This document shows, in pieces, positions 40,201 through 55,200 of a DNA stretch of 64,000 nucleotides (the stretch's first letter is position 1; each line of letters starts with the position of its first letter). The stretch is from NCBI GenBank assembly GCA_002633005.1, contig NMRA01000019.1, positions 770,343 through 834,342 of the forward strand. Direction: 5' to 3'. The position numbers and the translations under genes were made by a program. The notes beneath the pieces are model-generated. The model was not told the origin of the DNA. It was given only the letters and a program-made list of their open reading frames with translations, and made no database searches. The DNA comes from Phoronis australis. Lineage: Eukaryota; Animalia; Phoronida.

Positions 40201-43200
40201 AAACGTGATCTGATTTGATATAACAGTTACTGATTTTGTTGAGATGAGGAATGCCATTACTAAGCTTATACCACATGCACACTGTGATACTTTTAAGAGG
40301 ATGGCAAGATTTTGATGGGGATTGTGATGATGTCACAGTTAATCATTGCAATGCCAGCCTTTAAACTGCATTATGTGGTTCATTCATCTCTGCTTTGTTG
40401 TTGACTTTCAGAGTTAAAAGGCAAAAACGTGAAGATCACCATCAAGGGTCAAGAGGAATACCTTGATAAAAACGGGTCAGTGAATAGAAGTCCTAAATTT
40501 TTTATTATTAGTAAATTAGCGCGCCTCTCTTGTGACATCTTATTTTCGCTGTCTGTTTACATCACTAAACTGTAGAAAACTGTATGCTTGGACTTTGAAA
40601 TAGCTGAATAAACTGGCGTGTAAACATTCACCAAAGAATGTCCTCGTACTGCATCATACAGCATGTGACACGGAAGACAACTGCGTCAATTTACAACAAA
40701 ACAATGGTGGGCAGGCAGATGCAGCCTTGATGGGTTCGCTAAAGAACATCATTTTTAGACAACGGGCACTTTTGAGAGTGGCACGTGGTAATCATTTGGA
40801 TGCTCTTGGTGGCAATGATATCGAGCCACAGTTAGATCTTGTCATAACTTAGATAATTACTCTATCCAACTTTTTAGTGCCTAGAATATCTAAAATAACT
40901 TCCAAGAGCCATATATATTAAGTTATTTTTACCAGTTTCATAGTTCCATAACTTGTAATTGGTGCCATCTACAAACTTCTACTCACTGTTGTCTGCTTAT
41001 TCCAGCAACAAGCGTTCTCGTCTGTACTACACAGTTGACGCCGATGGTAAACAGCTGGATGCCATTAACTCCCCGCAATACTTCAAGTATTTTTCGGAAA
41101 ATCTGTCACCATCTGGTGCTTACCTGATCGCCCCGGGCAACCAATTGGACTTCAGGGCCAAGAGAGACCAGTTTGCCACCTTCGTTGGACCTCAGGTGTC
41201 ACCAAAGGATATTCCGAAATTCGAGAAGGCAATTAAAGATGCTTGGCTGAAATTTAAGCCTGGTAAATGCACTCTTGGTTACACTTATCCTTGACATCTG
41301 GTTACTAATGAATGTAAAGGGGCTGAAAACCAGTGAGTTCTGTTAAAAAGAAAGTTTTGATATAGGACGCTCACTGTTATATAATCTGTCTCCTCTTGTT
41401 CCTCACGTAGATTATAATTTTTTCTTGACTTGAGAAGACCTTGCAGGTTTTTATTACTTCAAAACAGGCCCATTGAGTTCCTTGTCAGCTATGGTAGGTT
41501 AGTTTCAGTCGCCAAGTCGGTTTGACCAACAGGGAATTAATTTTAACTATTCAAAACAAAGAATAGGAATGCTATGACGTAGCTTTAGAAGAGTGACTAT
41601 GAAGAAAATTGGATCTTTTAATCTGGTTTTTGGTGGGTTTAGATATTAGCATATCACGGGATAATCGACGTTAAGCCATGACCAAATTTTTCATTTCTTT
41701 TTCTGTCCTTCTATTGGCCGTCTCGGTGTGATCGAGTCTGGTTGGGTATTGAATTGACTGTGGATTCTTCTGTCATTGCTTTATAGAAAAGCCAATCAAA
41801 TTGTGAGGGGTGATTTATGGTTGTATTATCTATTATTGCTTAAAATTTCTTTGTAGAACTTAAGAACAGGAACATCTCTGTTGAAGTAAACAGCGTTAAG
41901 AAATATTTGGACTCAAATGGGTATGTATTTTGACATTGGAAAACGTTTTACACAGTTGAACTGGTTTTATATTGCTCATTCTGCACCAACATGATATAAA
42001 ATGTTTCTGATTTTGTCTTCGCATGCATTTTAATTATAGTCTGGAGTTAGAAATCAGTACATCGCTTGGCTAGTTGTAATGTGAACAGCTAACTAGTTAG
42101 GTGTTACTCCAAAGCAGTTTTGGTGGTATCCAGGTCAACACATGACCCAGCAATGCAAGTCCATAACAGTTACTTAAGGGGAAGCAAGATGTTTTGTAAA
42201 ATTAATTTGTTGTTTTCTCCAGAAAAGAGCGTTGGAAGCTATCTTACTATGTCATGGATAATGGCAAGGTAGTCTCACGCATTAGCCTACCCAAACTGCC
42301 GCAGCAGTACATTGCGCAGCAGGTAACCTTCACTAACCAGTACGGATTGCAGTTCCGCGTACATGATGTCAGCAATGTCGTAGACTATGACGAACACCAG
42401 GTGGCTCTGTTCAAGAAGCACATTCTTCCCAATGATGTGCCGGTCGTAGAACAAGCCCTTACTGAAGCATGGTCCCAGAAACATCCGAGTAAGTAAAAAC
42501 GTATTGAATATGGAATTGAGGTTTATGTAATTGCTAATTCTATACATATTTTGGTCGTTTTCATTGTCTACGATGTCAAAAATAGCCATAAAGAATGAAA
42601 ATATTGCACTGTACAGGTGTCATATAATAAGGTTTGTGTTATATTTGGGACATTAGTCTTTTATTAAAAACCTGAGTCACAGTGTTTTTGATGTGCATAA
42701 TATGTAATTCATTTCGTGTATTCTTGTTGCTTTTAGATCTCAAACACCTGAATGTGAAAATCGCTAGACAAGATGAAGTCTTGACTGAAAATGGGTAATC
42801 AACTTTGACATTTCTGCATTTCTAGTTGTTGTATGCAGTAATACTTGTACCATATACACAATACTGAATATGTGGAGAAGTCTGCTGCACTAAAACACCA
42901 ACTTATGAAGAAGGACCCGCTTTCGAAGAAAACCCGTAGTTTCAGCAAAACCTTGTGAGCATGTCTAACCTTTGAACATGTCTAACCATTGCGTATAAAG
43001 TAACGTAGATCGACAACAATACACAGGCTTTGGTGGTGTTTGCATTACAATGTTGTTGGTTCGATATATTTGTGGGAATTGTTATACTGACTTGAATATT
43101 GGCTTCAACTCCTGCCTTTTGTTTTTTCATCAGTGACACCTTGTGGAAGGCCACGTACTTTGTCTACAGTGGCAACTACATTGCCAAGAAGTCATCACTG

Positions 43201-46200
43201 AGTAAAGTCGACGATGAATTTATCCGGAGCAAACTGAAGGTGCCACTCAACGATACAACGTGTAACATGAATTGGGACAGCTATTTCGTGTCTAATGTGA
43301 CAACTTATCCGTATGATCAGCATTTTGCTTTGAACACACAAGCTCGTCTACAGGTGTCGCTCTGGCCAAAGATTGCCAAAGCACTACAGATGGCCCACCA
43401 AGCAACCATGCCAGGTTGGTGATATCAGTTTAAAATGGTTACAAAGATAACAGAACCACCTGTTCTAATTGTGCTTCATTAATTTGTCATGGAGACACAT
43501 CATTGGCTTTGCCATTTTTTGTTGACAATAAACTTTGTAGTTGTTAGAAGGTGCTGATTTTTATCGTGATGTTAATTAGTCTAGATACTTACTTGATAAC
43601 ATTCATTTTGGTGTCACCGTAACTTCATCTGAGACTGCACATTGGATGGCACACAAAATTACTACTTGATTTCAAATGGCTGCAAGACGTGACAGTCCTT
43701 AGATACCATGAGTGACAGTCCTTAGATACCATGAGTATAGTGATGGCAAGCACTAAAGACATGAAAACCACTAGACAAGTTTGGCTGAACCAGAACGTTT
43801 TCATGTTGATATTTGCCTAGCTTGTTATCGTATTTTCAGGCATCTTTTTTTCTTTGTTGCAGGTGTAACTCTCAAAATTGTCACGGATGAGTTATACGCT
43901 GAAGGGTAAGTCGGATTGAACTGAACTTTCAAAACATGTATAAAAGTGTTGTGCAGATGCCACTTAGAGCAATCAATTGTCGCCTTTTGCATCGATATAC
44001 TGTTTTAGATGTCTGTTTAGATATCAGACAAGTGAGTGGTTGCGGTCAGCAATTATTGCTGTCAAAGCTTTATGTAGTGACTGCTTAAAGAATTTCTTTT
44101 ACGACATGGGTACAATATGTGTTTTTTGTGCAACTAGTGAAGTGGCCTAATATTAATTGTATTATAGACCAAGTAAATTGCATCGATTACTTAGATTTTG
44201 CAGTAATTGCGTTTCTGCCCCCATAGCTTATTTGGTCTAGTTTGAAGTTTGAAATGTTTTACCTGGACCTTGTTTTTATATGCATTTAAATAAATAGTCT
44301 GATGACATCTGATAATAATAATGTTGGCGATTGCTTCTGCTGCGCTTCTTTTTAAAGTGCCAATCAACATAATACCTCAGAGTATGCCACTGTACAGTTT
44401 TCCTGTCCTGTTTTCAACTCAGATGACGTCTAAGACTTATAGCTCTTTATAACTGGAGTTCCATCCTCTCTTACCCTTGGCTTAATTTTTTCCGTTTCAG
44501 CTAGTAGTGGAAGCAAATTTTAGTACTTTGTTGTCAGCACGTTACTTGATTGAAGATATTGCTCCAACTTGTTTGTGAACAATATGACGGTCCCACAGCG
44601 ACGCTTGAATCTCAAGGAATTTTCCCACAATGCTCCAACATCCGTCAATCAGGTCTCTGGCCTTTTTGCGACACTTGAATTTTGCATGCTATTTGTTGGT
44701 GCCTGGACTACATGATCTGTATTCGACCTTCCAATGCTAGTGGTGTTTTACTGCTTTGCTATGAGCTGCAACTCTGGTGGCAGAAAGTTGGGTAAACTTG
44801 GGAAGTATTCATGGTTGCGATATTTTTCAACACGATTCCTAGAATCAGCCCGACATTTCTAAAACAAGGCCAGTGTAACAGCTCATTTTCCTTCCTCCAA
44901 GACAAAGGAGATTAATTTTCGGAACCATCCTATTGTAGTGGTTGTTCTTTGCAACAATGAGAGTTATCGGGTAACTTTTGAAAGTGATACAAGGATTTTT
45001 GTTTACTGCCTGTCACATTTAATGTGTTGAAGATTGGTTAATTGTTATTCTTCATGCGTTACAGGCAGAAACTTCTCTACCGGCTTATCTACTTTGTGAT
45101 GGACAAAAAAGGTCAACTGCTCAACCCCTACATGTACAAGCCACTGAATCTCTCGATGTTGCAAACTGAATTGACAAAAGAGGGCATTAACGTGCAGCCT
45201 CTGCATGGTAACTCCACCAACATGCGTTATCATCAACATGTGGCCATATTCACTAATTTGAAGGTTACTAAAGCTGATTATGTTAAGTTTGCCGGAGCTC
45301 TGAGGAATCACTGGACTGAAGACATGGGAAATGGTGAGTGTTTGTGTCTTGTTGAGTGTTTTTAAGATTGATTTAAGTACACTCTTTAAAGTATCTTGAA
45401 CAATTGTACTGTAAGCATGATGAGCAGAGATTTTGGCCAACTCGCATTAGTCGCATGTGTACACCTGGCATTCCAACTCTTCTGTGTCGAGTCGTATTGC
45501 CCAAAATGCCTCAGCAGCATCATATCATGAAAAATCGCCTCGACACTAATTATTGTCCAGGTCGTATGACCTTGGAGCTGTGTGTGTGTGAGCTGAATTT
45601 TGGAATTACTTATGTTGCTAACATTGACCTGGTAGTTTCTATACTGCAGAGGGTTGAAACGACTGCTTGATAATTTAGTTGGGAGACATTTCGTTTGCTC
45701 GGGTTGATTTAATTCTTTCCCTTGTAAATAATCAGAGAGACTTTTTGTCTACCAGTATTCTACATACCACTTGGTTCTAGATGCCGTGGTCTCTTGATGA
45801 TTTTTCACATCACATTTATTGCAAACTTACAGAGGGGGATTTCAAGTTCTCGTTCATGTCTCAGGAAGAACATGTCACCAGCAAAGGGTAAGGAATGTTA
45901 ACTATGCCGTTTCATTAATATTTAATAACTACCTAAAGCTGATTTTTTAATATAATTGCAAGGTGTTTATTGAGTAAAGGCTATTGAAGTATAATATCTA
46001 GAATAAACACAAAACTTCACATGCTTTGGTGTTCACTCGCCGCCGTCATGAGATATTGGTGAAGTCATTGAACGCACTTATTGACTCCACTACGTTCACC
46101 ATCAGTTTCAATATTTTGGTTGTTAACAATGTGTAATACTAAGTTCTGCAATATGTTTCGAGTCATTTAGTAAGTATTTTGAATTTAAGATTGGTTTACG

Positions 46201-49200
46201 GGTCGGTAGTTACTCATAGAGGTCAGTAAATATTTTTAGTGACATTATCTTGGCAATACTTTGAATGGATTATCAAATCTGGAACATCCAACTAGACTTT
46301 GAGGTCATGTGACAAATCTAGCTTATGGGGAGTTATTTTGTGTAATTTAAGATTGTGTGTGTTCTAGGGAGACCCTGTACAAGTTTCCGTTCGTAGTATT
46401 CGAAAATGACCGGCCACTGGACGGTCGGCGGCAACAAGTGCCTGACATTCCTCGTCTCCAAGCCCGCATCAACGCCCTCTCTGGTCTTGAACAGACCTAT
46501 GCTATCACTCCGTGGGAGAAACTATGTGACACGACAGTTACTAATGTGGCCAATTCTCACACGGTGGTGCTGGAGTCCAAACTGGAGGGCGCACAATTAA
46601 ACCAACTATCGAAGGTATTGAAGGACTACTGGCTGCTTGTTTATCCAGGTAGGGCACTGTCAGGCTAAACACAGAGGTCAGTCTTATGCTCATGAATTTA
46701 CAATGCAGTTGCCTTAGCCAAAATTCCTAGTTTGTTAAACCGTTTTGTTGCTGAAGAGTTGGTGCCATCTATGTGATCAACATTAAATTTTTAATTTTAT
46801 TTTAGGGACTTTGCATGAATGGTAAATGAACAAGTTGACTTATTTTTATATCCCCAACACAACAAAGTATTGCAGGAGTGGAACATCTTATTAATTTACC
46901 AACTTTCAAGTTTTATTATATCATGCATTTGTGATAGTAAGAAGCAGGACAAATTTTATTTTTCGGAAAATGACATTATTTTCACCCCTGCAAACTGATG
47001 TAAAAATTGTGTCTCTGAAAGTAGGCCATGAGCCTGTATTTGAGGGGGACCTGTTAGCCAAAGTAACTGTTGGCATGTAATAACTTGCTGTGTTCTAACC
47101 TTGAGTAAACATTGCCTATGCTCGCGTGAGTGCTCAACCCTTGAAAGTTACTAATCAAGTGCTCACTGTTTGGCTAGGTGCCAACCCTCTACTTTTGAGA
47201 AGTTTTAATTAATCAGCCATTGCTTGGACTAGGGCTCAACAGTAATTTGGTTCATGGAATTAATTTTCGAATACAGAAACCAGATCAGTTTCCAGTCGCA
47301 GTTTAATTACATCTAGATGTTGTTGCTTGTGACACTCTGTTAGAGTGTATTCTGCCGTACATTGAACATGACCAAGTCTGTAGTCAGCCACAGTATATCG
47401 TTCTATACTACAACAAATTTATTTTTCAAAAGAACCATTTCAGCCCTGTTTACCTCTGAAGCTGAAACTGGTGTCGTGACACTTTGTTGGCTACCCTAAT
47501 ATGTAACTCATATTCAGTATTATGGAACCAAATTCATTTTTTCGAAGAAAATTGTTTAATACACGTTAAGCATTTCTCACGTAGGCGCATGCACCTAAGT
47601 TTACAGGTACAGGTGGGCGTTCTTTGTACATAGCTTACTGTGGATGCAGGAATCCGCATTGTCCTCCTCTAATAAGGGCTTCTTCTTGCCCATGCGAAAT
47701 GCTCTTGCTCAACTTTGACTTCGCGTTTACTAGGACGTAACTCAGATAAGACTCACTTGTAGGAGTAACCGGCAGCAGTCTAGTTCAGTGGCTTATTGTA
47801 ACAGTTGCAAAATGAATTTGAAAATGCTGCGACTTGAGTTGTAGTAAAAGGCCTAATTAAATGTTTGTTTTTTGCCAGCTAAACGGGGTGAATGCAGCTT
47901 TAAATAATAACTGTTTAACAATACTATGTGTTTTTTAATTAGATTATTGTTGTTCCAGATTTGAAGAACTGTAGCTGTCTTGAGATTGACATGAAGAATG
48001 TTCAGAGTGGAAAGGATGTCAAAGGGTTGGTAGAGCCTTATTGAGTTTTATGTTAAAAAATTGGGGTCAGAAGGTCAAATTGGGTTCAGGATGTCAAATT
48101 TTGCTCAAATATTTTCTCAGTTGCCAGTTGAAGAAAACTGAAATATGTGTTAGTCATTTTTTGTTCATTTTTGTAAAAATGTGGTTTTTGCTGCTGAGTC
48201 AACTGTTTAATTGATTTAGTTGTATTCTTGTGTACAGTTACTTTAAGTTATGTAGTATTTATTAAAGACTGTGTAATAACTTCGGAGAATCCACTGCTTT
48301 TCAAGTGGGCCCAAAACATAAAATTAAAATTCAAAGTAAGAAGTATAATTAAATTACCGAGAGTATTAAAATAAATAAAGTTCTATATACAATTATGTAA
48401 ATAAGTTCAAAAGTTATCACATTTACTGATTACTAATGGGGCTATTCGGAGAATTCTCCTCGGGGTGTCGCTGTTGTACTAGTGGTGATTGAATTGCGCA
48501 TGCGTGGCTATCTGCATGTAAACAACTGGTAAAAGATGGAATTTTTATCAAAATACGTCGTCGCGCTAAGCCTTATTACTGCTAATTTCCGTGGTGCAAG
48601 TCTTCGACAGGTGGCCACAAATTCCCAAAAGACCTAAGGTTACTATATTTGTGGACAATTGCGGTCAACAGGGTCAATTAACTGACAAAAAGTGTGTGGA
48701 TGCTGAAGCCCCGTGTGTGTTCTATGACTATGCAGTTCCCGGCATTCGGAGACTACACAACATTACTTGGTAAGTTTTAGCAATCAGTTTCTATCAACAT
48801 TGTTCGGTGATGTTGTACCCACCAGTTACCCCACTGAATAACAGGTTTGTTGAGTGGAACTAAGTGTTTCTTTTTGGAAACTCACCCGATGCCGGGTAGG
48901 CTAGCAGCACATATTCATATTGTCCTGGGTGGGAGTGCTCCCAAAATAAGAGGTGTGTGGTACGTGATGCACAGAAGTCAATAGTGACTTTTTCACAGCA
49001 GTTTCCCTTCAAAGCTATGCTGTTTCCAATAAAATTCTCTAGATGAGTGAGTTTCCTTATTTTATCATGGACCCCACCCCCAGGACCACCAGCTCAGTTA
49101 TCAAATTAACATGAATAAGCCTCAATTCAGTAAATGTCCTAACATTGCATTGGAAAAAATTGCTTGTTGAGATCAGAAGCACATTTTAAGTGTCATGAAA

Positions 49201-52200
49201 AATACATATTGTTAAATCACTTTTAGCCAGTTTCACATATTTTAATTCAGATATTAAATAAGACTTGGGTACAAAGGTTATTAGTTTCTACACATAAACA
49301 TGAAGATGAAATGTCAAGTATGTTCTGCCTTACAAAAGTAGTTTTGTCTTGTCTTTTCTTTTACAATTTCCTAATATTTCTATTCTGTTACAGGCGAGAA
49401 AAAACAACTGAAACCAACCGCCTGACCATCTATTTCACCGTTGGACAAAGTGAAAAGCAATCCTTCAGCAATAACCTGAGAGAATTGAATGTAATTCAGA
49501 AATTCATCACCTGATATGCCTGATTATGGACTCCCTCGCAATGTTGTTTCTTTCTGTGCTTTTTCAGTTTGCCATTTGTTTTAAATACATTGATAATTGT
49601 TTATTCTCGAATCTTGTGCATAGCAGATTCTTATCCAGCTAGCTACAATTGAAAACATACAATAAGACAATCGATGCAGTCACTGAATGTCATTTCCCCA
49701 TAATCTGTACCAAATCGAAAAGTTTTTACCAATAGTATAAAGCCTTTCTTCTGAAAGGAAAATTTAATGTCACTCAGCTTTTGGCTTTCATTTCACTGGG
49801 TTCTAGTTTCAATGGCCTATAGAAGCGCATCAAGCGCTTGTAAAAAAGGTCCAGTTTCAACACGTGGCTTTCTTTCATGTAACCTCGTTCAACCTCAATA
49901 ACATCCACAATTAGACCCTTGAAGGTAAACACAGCAGCATATGACTTGAATCGTTTTGAGCCCAAAACAGACTCTGAACTAGACCAGAGTGTGACTAGGT
50001 CTTCTTTAGCTTCAGTCCCTCATGTTTCTTCCAGAAAGGAAATAAGCTATTGTCCACACATGACTCATTGCCTATGAAAGGGCATCCTCACCAACAAGGC
50101 TTATTTGCGTAGCAGTCAGATATAGTTCGTCTGGATACACAGACAGTCCACTGGCACATTGTCTTATGGTAACTTAGTACTGCGATTCACATTTCTCCAG
50201 GGCCACTGACTTGCACATTGTGCCATGCAGCACTGCTGGTGTGTGGCAGTGCTGTGGGAAGAGTACGGAGTAACAAAGCTTGTCTATGATACAGCTTGAA
50301 GTGGCCTTAAAACGTCACTGAACCTGGAACAAATATTGAAATATGAATAATTAAGTACTCCAGATTGGATCAAAAATGATGTTATCCCTGTTTTTCAAAA
50401 ATGTATGGCGATTGGTCTACAGTTTCACATAAAAGTAAATAATTACTATTTTCAGAAACCAAGGGTGTATATAATGAGTATTGCATAAAACTGTGTCTTT
50501 ATTTTTTATCCCTAGCCATAACAATTCTTTAAACGCATCACTTGTCTGTAAAATATACAAGTTTTTTGAGACAACTTCAAACCTTTGTTACCCATTTTCA
50601 AGCCTTTTTAATTTTGATACTTTCAGCAATTTTAAACTCAGATTACACGTTCATGGGTCTGTCAAGCATACTTCTAGCCTAAGGTTGAGGGAACCGTTTT
50701 TCTTCTAATAGAAGATATGAAGACTTGGGTCATTCATTTAAAAATGATGGATAATCTTTCTGTTGTTTAAGAGTATTTACAAATCGTAAGGCACCATCAA
50801 AAATGCAATTTTCACAAAAATGGCAGTCACTTGAATTTATAACCACTTGCAACATTTCAAGGCATGAGTTAAGACTATTCAGTCATTTTGAATTCGGAAA
50901 ATGTAATATATTTTCGTGGTTTTACAATTGATACAAGTAGCAAAACAGTTTCATGAAATCAACTTGAAGGGACTTCGTGAAGGTTAAGAATTACCTCACC
51001 ATGCTCTTTTCCCCAAACATGTATTACCTGTTATTTCCACACATTCAGTTGTACCAAATATTACAACCCCCCATGCCAATCCCCCCTCAGAGGACCTGAA
51101 TAAGTAATTTAACAAAATGACTTTAAAAATAGCTGTTCCTTTTCAAAGGCTTTGTTCGTTGTCTCCAATATTGAAAGTAGGCTTTGACAACAGATCTGCA
51201 CTGGATGGGAAGATCTTGTTGGTTATCTGCAGTCAAATGCTAAAAACCAATTTTTGTCCGTTCAGGGACGATGCAGAAGCGATGCATATCTCCTCTGCAC
51301 GGTACAAGCCTTCAAACCTAAAAACCAAAGGTTACGCGAAAACTGACGTGATAGATTTCCATTTCAACGTGTAATAGATTTCCAGAAGACATATGATAGG
51401 GAGTAAACAAATACTAGTCTAATGCAATGGATATTTATCACTCACGTACCCTTTGCCATTGGGATTGGATTGTAATCTTAACTCATTAAGCTGTATCGAG
51501 TTGACAGCATAAATACTCAGCATTGATTGATGTAACTGTCACTGATAAACTTTTAGAAATCATTCCAAACAATAATAATGCTTTGATGTACGAAAAAACC
51601 CCGATTGCTACGTCAAGTATCGTATCACATATCACAACATACAAAGATTAACCAGACTCTGGCTGGCGACTGACTGCCGCGAAGTCGACATCGGCGAGCG
51701 CCTCAGTTAACAGGCATTGGTAGAATAATCATGGAATAATCGTTAAAATAATCACAAACCTTACCTTTGTATGAGGTCGTGCTTACTTCCTCTCATAGAA
51801 ACACCCTTTTTACGCAATCTCAGATTTAGTTGGCACGGTTGCAAGCCATTTCACCATGTATTTAAAGGGCTCGCGAAATCGAGGCTGCTAATCTATCACC
51901 ACTAGTACACGCACGCCCTCTAGTTATGGTAGATTTTCCGAATAGCCCCATTCATTAGTACACACCATTCACTATTTTTCATCTTTTTCCCAGAAAACCT
52001 CTCTACCGCTACCTGTACTCACTCAAGGTCAATAACCGGGACATTGGCAAGGCAGGTTACCATTCCCTAAACACCAGGGACTTCACCATGTTCCTTAAGA
52101 CTGTGTACCCTGACTGGAAGGTCAATGTGCGCTCGGCCAGTGATTTCAAGACTAACAAGGGCTTCCCGTTCACGTTCACTATTTCGAGTCAGACGCGCAT

Positions 52201-55200
52201 CCGTGAGGCTGACTATGGTCGAGTGGAACAGTCGCTCAAGAAGCTGTTCGCCAGTGTTAACCCTGCCTTGGCTACATGCAACTGTGTCTCTGTGAAGGTG
52301 GTGAATCAGACGCAGCTGGCTAATGGGTGAGTTGTACATACATAAATTACATGACTGTGTGAGTGCGTGTGCGTGTGCGTGCGTGATGAGATTTAGTTGG
52401 TGAACAACTTGCGAAGTGAGCATCATTGCCGTAGCCTAGTTTGTCTTATACAGTTGCTAATGTTGACAATGGCATCTATGAATGAATGCCTCTGTAAGTG
52501 TACTTGACAACTGTTCAGTAATAATCTAACTCCTGAACACATCTCCTGCGTTAAGCTGAACAATGGACAGGTTGAGTGAGTAATCAGTCACATTGAACCA
52601 GAAACTATCACCATGATAACAGCATAATTCAAAGCACTGGTCTTAGGTTGTAAGAATAGTACACACATACCACCAGTAAGACAAGTCTTATAACTGCATT
52701 TAACATGAAAAGTATTTTGTTTTGAAGCTCAATAAAACTTAACTAAAGGAACTTTGTGACCACCACCATTGCCATCACCAACAATGCCAACATCACCGCC
52801 GTCAACATCATTATCGAATGAATGCTTAGCCACCATCACCACCACCATCACCGTCATCATGGCCACAACTAGCATCACCTTCACTGGTATCGCCACCATT
52901 AACAGTTAGACTACTTGCGTCACTCCTACAACCACCACAGCCCTCCTTTCTACCATCACCGTCACCATGGTCACAACTAATATCACCCCCACTGACTTTG
53001 TCACGGCCACCAATAAAACTGCTTGCATTACTTCACATCTGCCAGGACCATGACCACAACTAACACCACCTTCACTGACATCGTCTTCACCATCAATAAG
53101 ACTACTTACATCACTCCATCTTTGCCACCACCACCACCACCACCACCATCTTTGCCACTACCACCACCATCATGGCCACCACCACCATCATGGCCACCAC
53201 CATCATAGCCACCACCACCNCACCACTACCACCATCATGGCCACCACTACCACAGTCATGGCCACCACCACCATGGCCACCACCACCATCATGGCCACCA
53301 CCACCAGTACCATCTTCACTGACATCATCTCTACCAACAAGACTACTCGCACTACACTCACCATCACAATCCTGCACCTCGATCTACCACCACCATCATT
53401 ATCTACTGTTTCTTACAGTAGCCATGCCATCACCGTGGATGGTGTAATTCGAAGTAGTCAGCCAGACCTTCTCTCCAACCTACTGAACAAACTGGGGGAC
53501 CAGAAGACCTGCCTCAAGGCTAACGGCTCTTTGTGTGACACCATCATCATTGACCCCAAGCACAAGTTCATGCTCCTCACTGACAAGAAAGTGGCTGACG
53601 ATGACATGGAGAAAATGAGGACATCTCTACGCAAAGCCTGGCTTTCCGTAATTCCTGATAGTATGTGTCTGTGTGTTCACATTTGCTCTATTTCATCTTT
53701 GTTTGACTTGCTTACACTGTAATTACTGCACATGTCTAAAGTATAGACAAAATGACCTGCAATTCGCCACTGTGACGGCTTGGCTGAAGTTGGAATTCAT
53801 CGCCAGAGTAGTCTCCTCTTGTGACTAATAATGATGAGGGATAAACAGGAAAGTCAACAAGGTCACTAAGGCATTGTGGGATTAGAATTTTGTCACCATA
53901 ATAGTTAGTACAAGTCATTTTTGCTGTTAATTGATTTAGTCTTCATGGTGGGGGAAATTGTATTTGTCTGATTATGTTTGTCTTGAGATTGATATCCACA
54001 ACTGTGCATCAACTGGAAAATATACATGAAACTGTTTTATTGAATTATGCCAGTGTCATCTTTCAAAACCATTTGTATTCGGTTTATGTTTTGGTGTGGA
54101 ACCTTTTGTTTTGGTTCTTTAGTGTTAGTGTTACAAAACCACAGACTATTTTTACTGGTTTGTAGTTTGCAGTTTTAACTTGACATAATTAGCGTTACAT
54201 GACACATTAAGTATTATTAGAAGGGTTAATTTTCTGTTTGTTTTTTTTCTTAATGTGTCTTAAGTTGTGCATTGCTTCTGCAGGCTACAAGACAGATTTT
54301 GATGTGCGACTGAAATCTCGTGAACCTGCTGTTGATGCAAACGGGTATGGTGAATTTGAATGTGAAACAATGGCATTTGTTGTTATTATTTTACATTCAA
54401 TAGATTGCTCTCAAGTGGTGAAAATATTCAACATTTTGACGTGACTTAATGTGACATTGTTGGCGAGAAAAGTAATTTTCATAAATCAGTCTCTGCTGAT
54501 TCAAACCTGCAAACCCCTGCGGTCACTGAGTCAGATGTTCTACCGGTGGAGTTAAACCTCACTTGATGGGTGACAGAGTATTTTAATCGTACTAGTTAAC
54601 TGGTTGATAATAGCCAAAACATGAGCACGAACTTTAAAATTAGCGCGTAAGTAAACAAAGACATATTGATCTGACATTTCGGTTTATTCACTATAAAACA
54701 TTCTCAAGACAAAAATTCACATTATTCAATCAGGTTAAACTTTTTTCTTGAGAATGGTTTATAGTGAATAAACCGAAATGTCAGATCAATATGTCTTTGT
54801 TTACTTACGCGCTAATTTTAAAGTTTGAGTTAACTGGTTATGCCACAAGTCTTGATTTTCAAGAGGTTTGTCAAAAGAATTAATTGCTGAAAAGGGTTAC
54901 CCTGTCCATGAAAGTAAACAACTTTTGATTCCTTCATCTCAGTTAATTCTCTGTTCCAAGTCAGATTTTATTTTCTTGAATTGCAGAGATTCACTGATTG
55001 GCAAACGCTTATTCACTAAATTGTATAGATATAGTGCCATATCAAACTTTTTTTGTTGGTTGATAATTCATGTCAAGCATGAATTTGATGAATCTTGTTA
55101 TATTTTGAGTGAAGTTATTTCTGAATCATTAGAACAAGAGTCAAGATATATTTCTCCTTAATATGGCTTCAAACTTCTGCCAAAACTTAATTTTTTGAAA

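Noticed and set aside
43689-43736. Exact short tandem duplication GTGACAGTCCTTAGATACCATGA x2
   Set aside because: Ordinary intronic slippage duplication
53023-53447. Poly-Pro, Gly/His or poly-Val proteins
   Set aside because: Alternative frames of an (ACC)n tract spanning an N; no supported splice path
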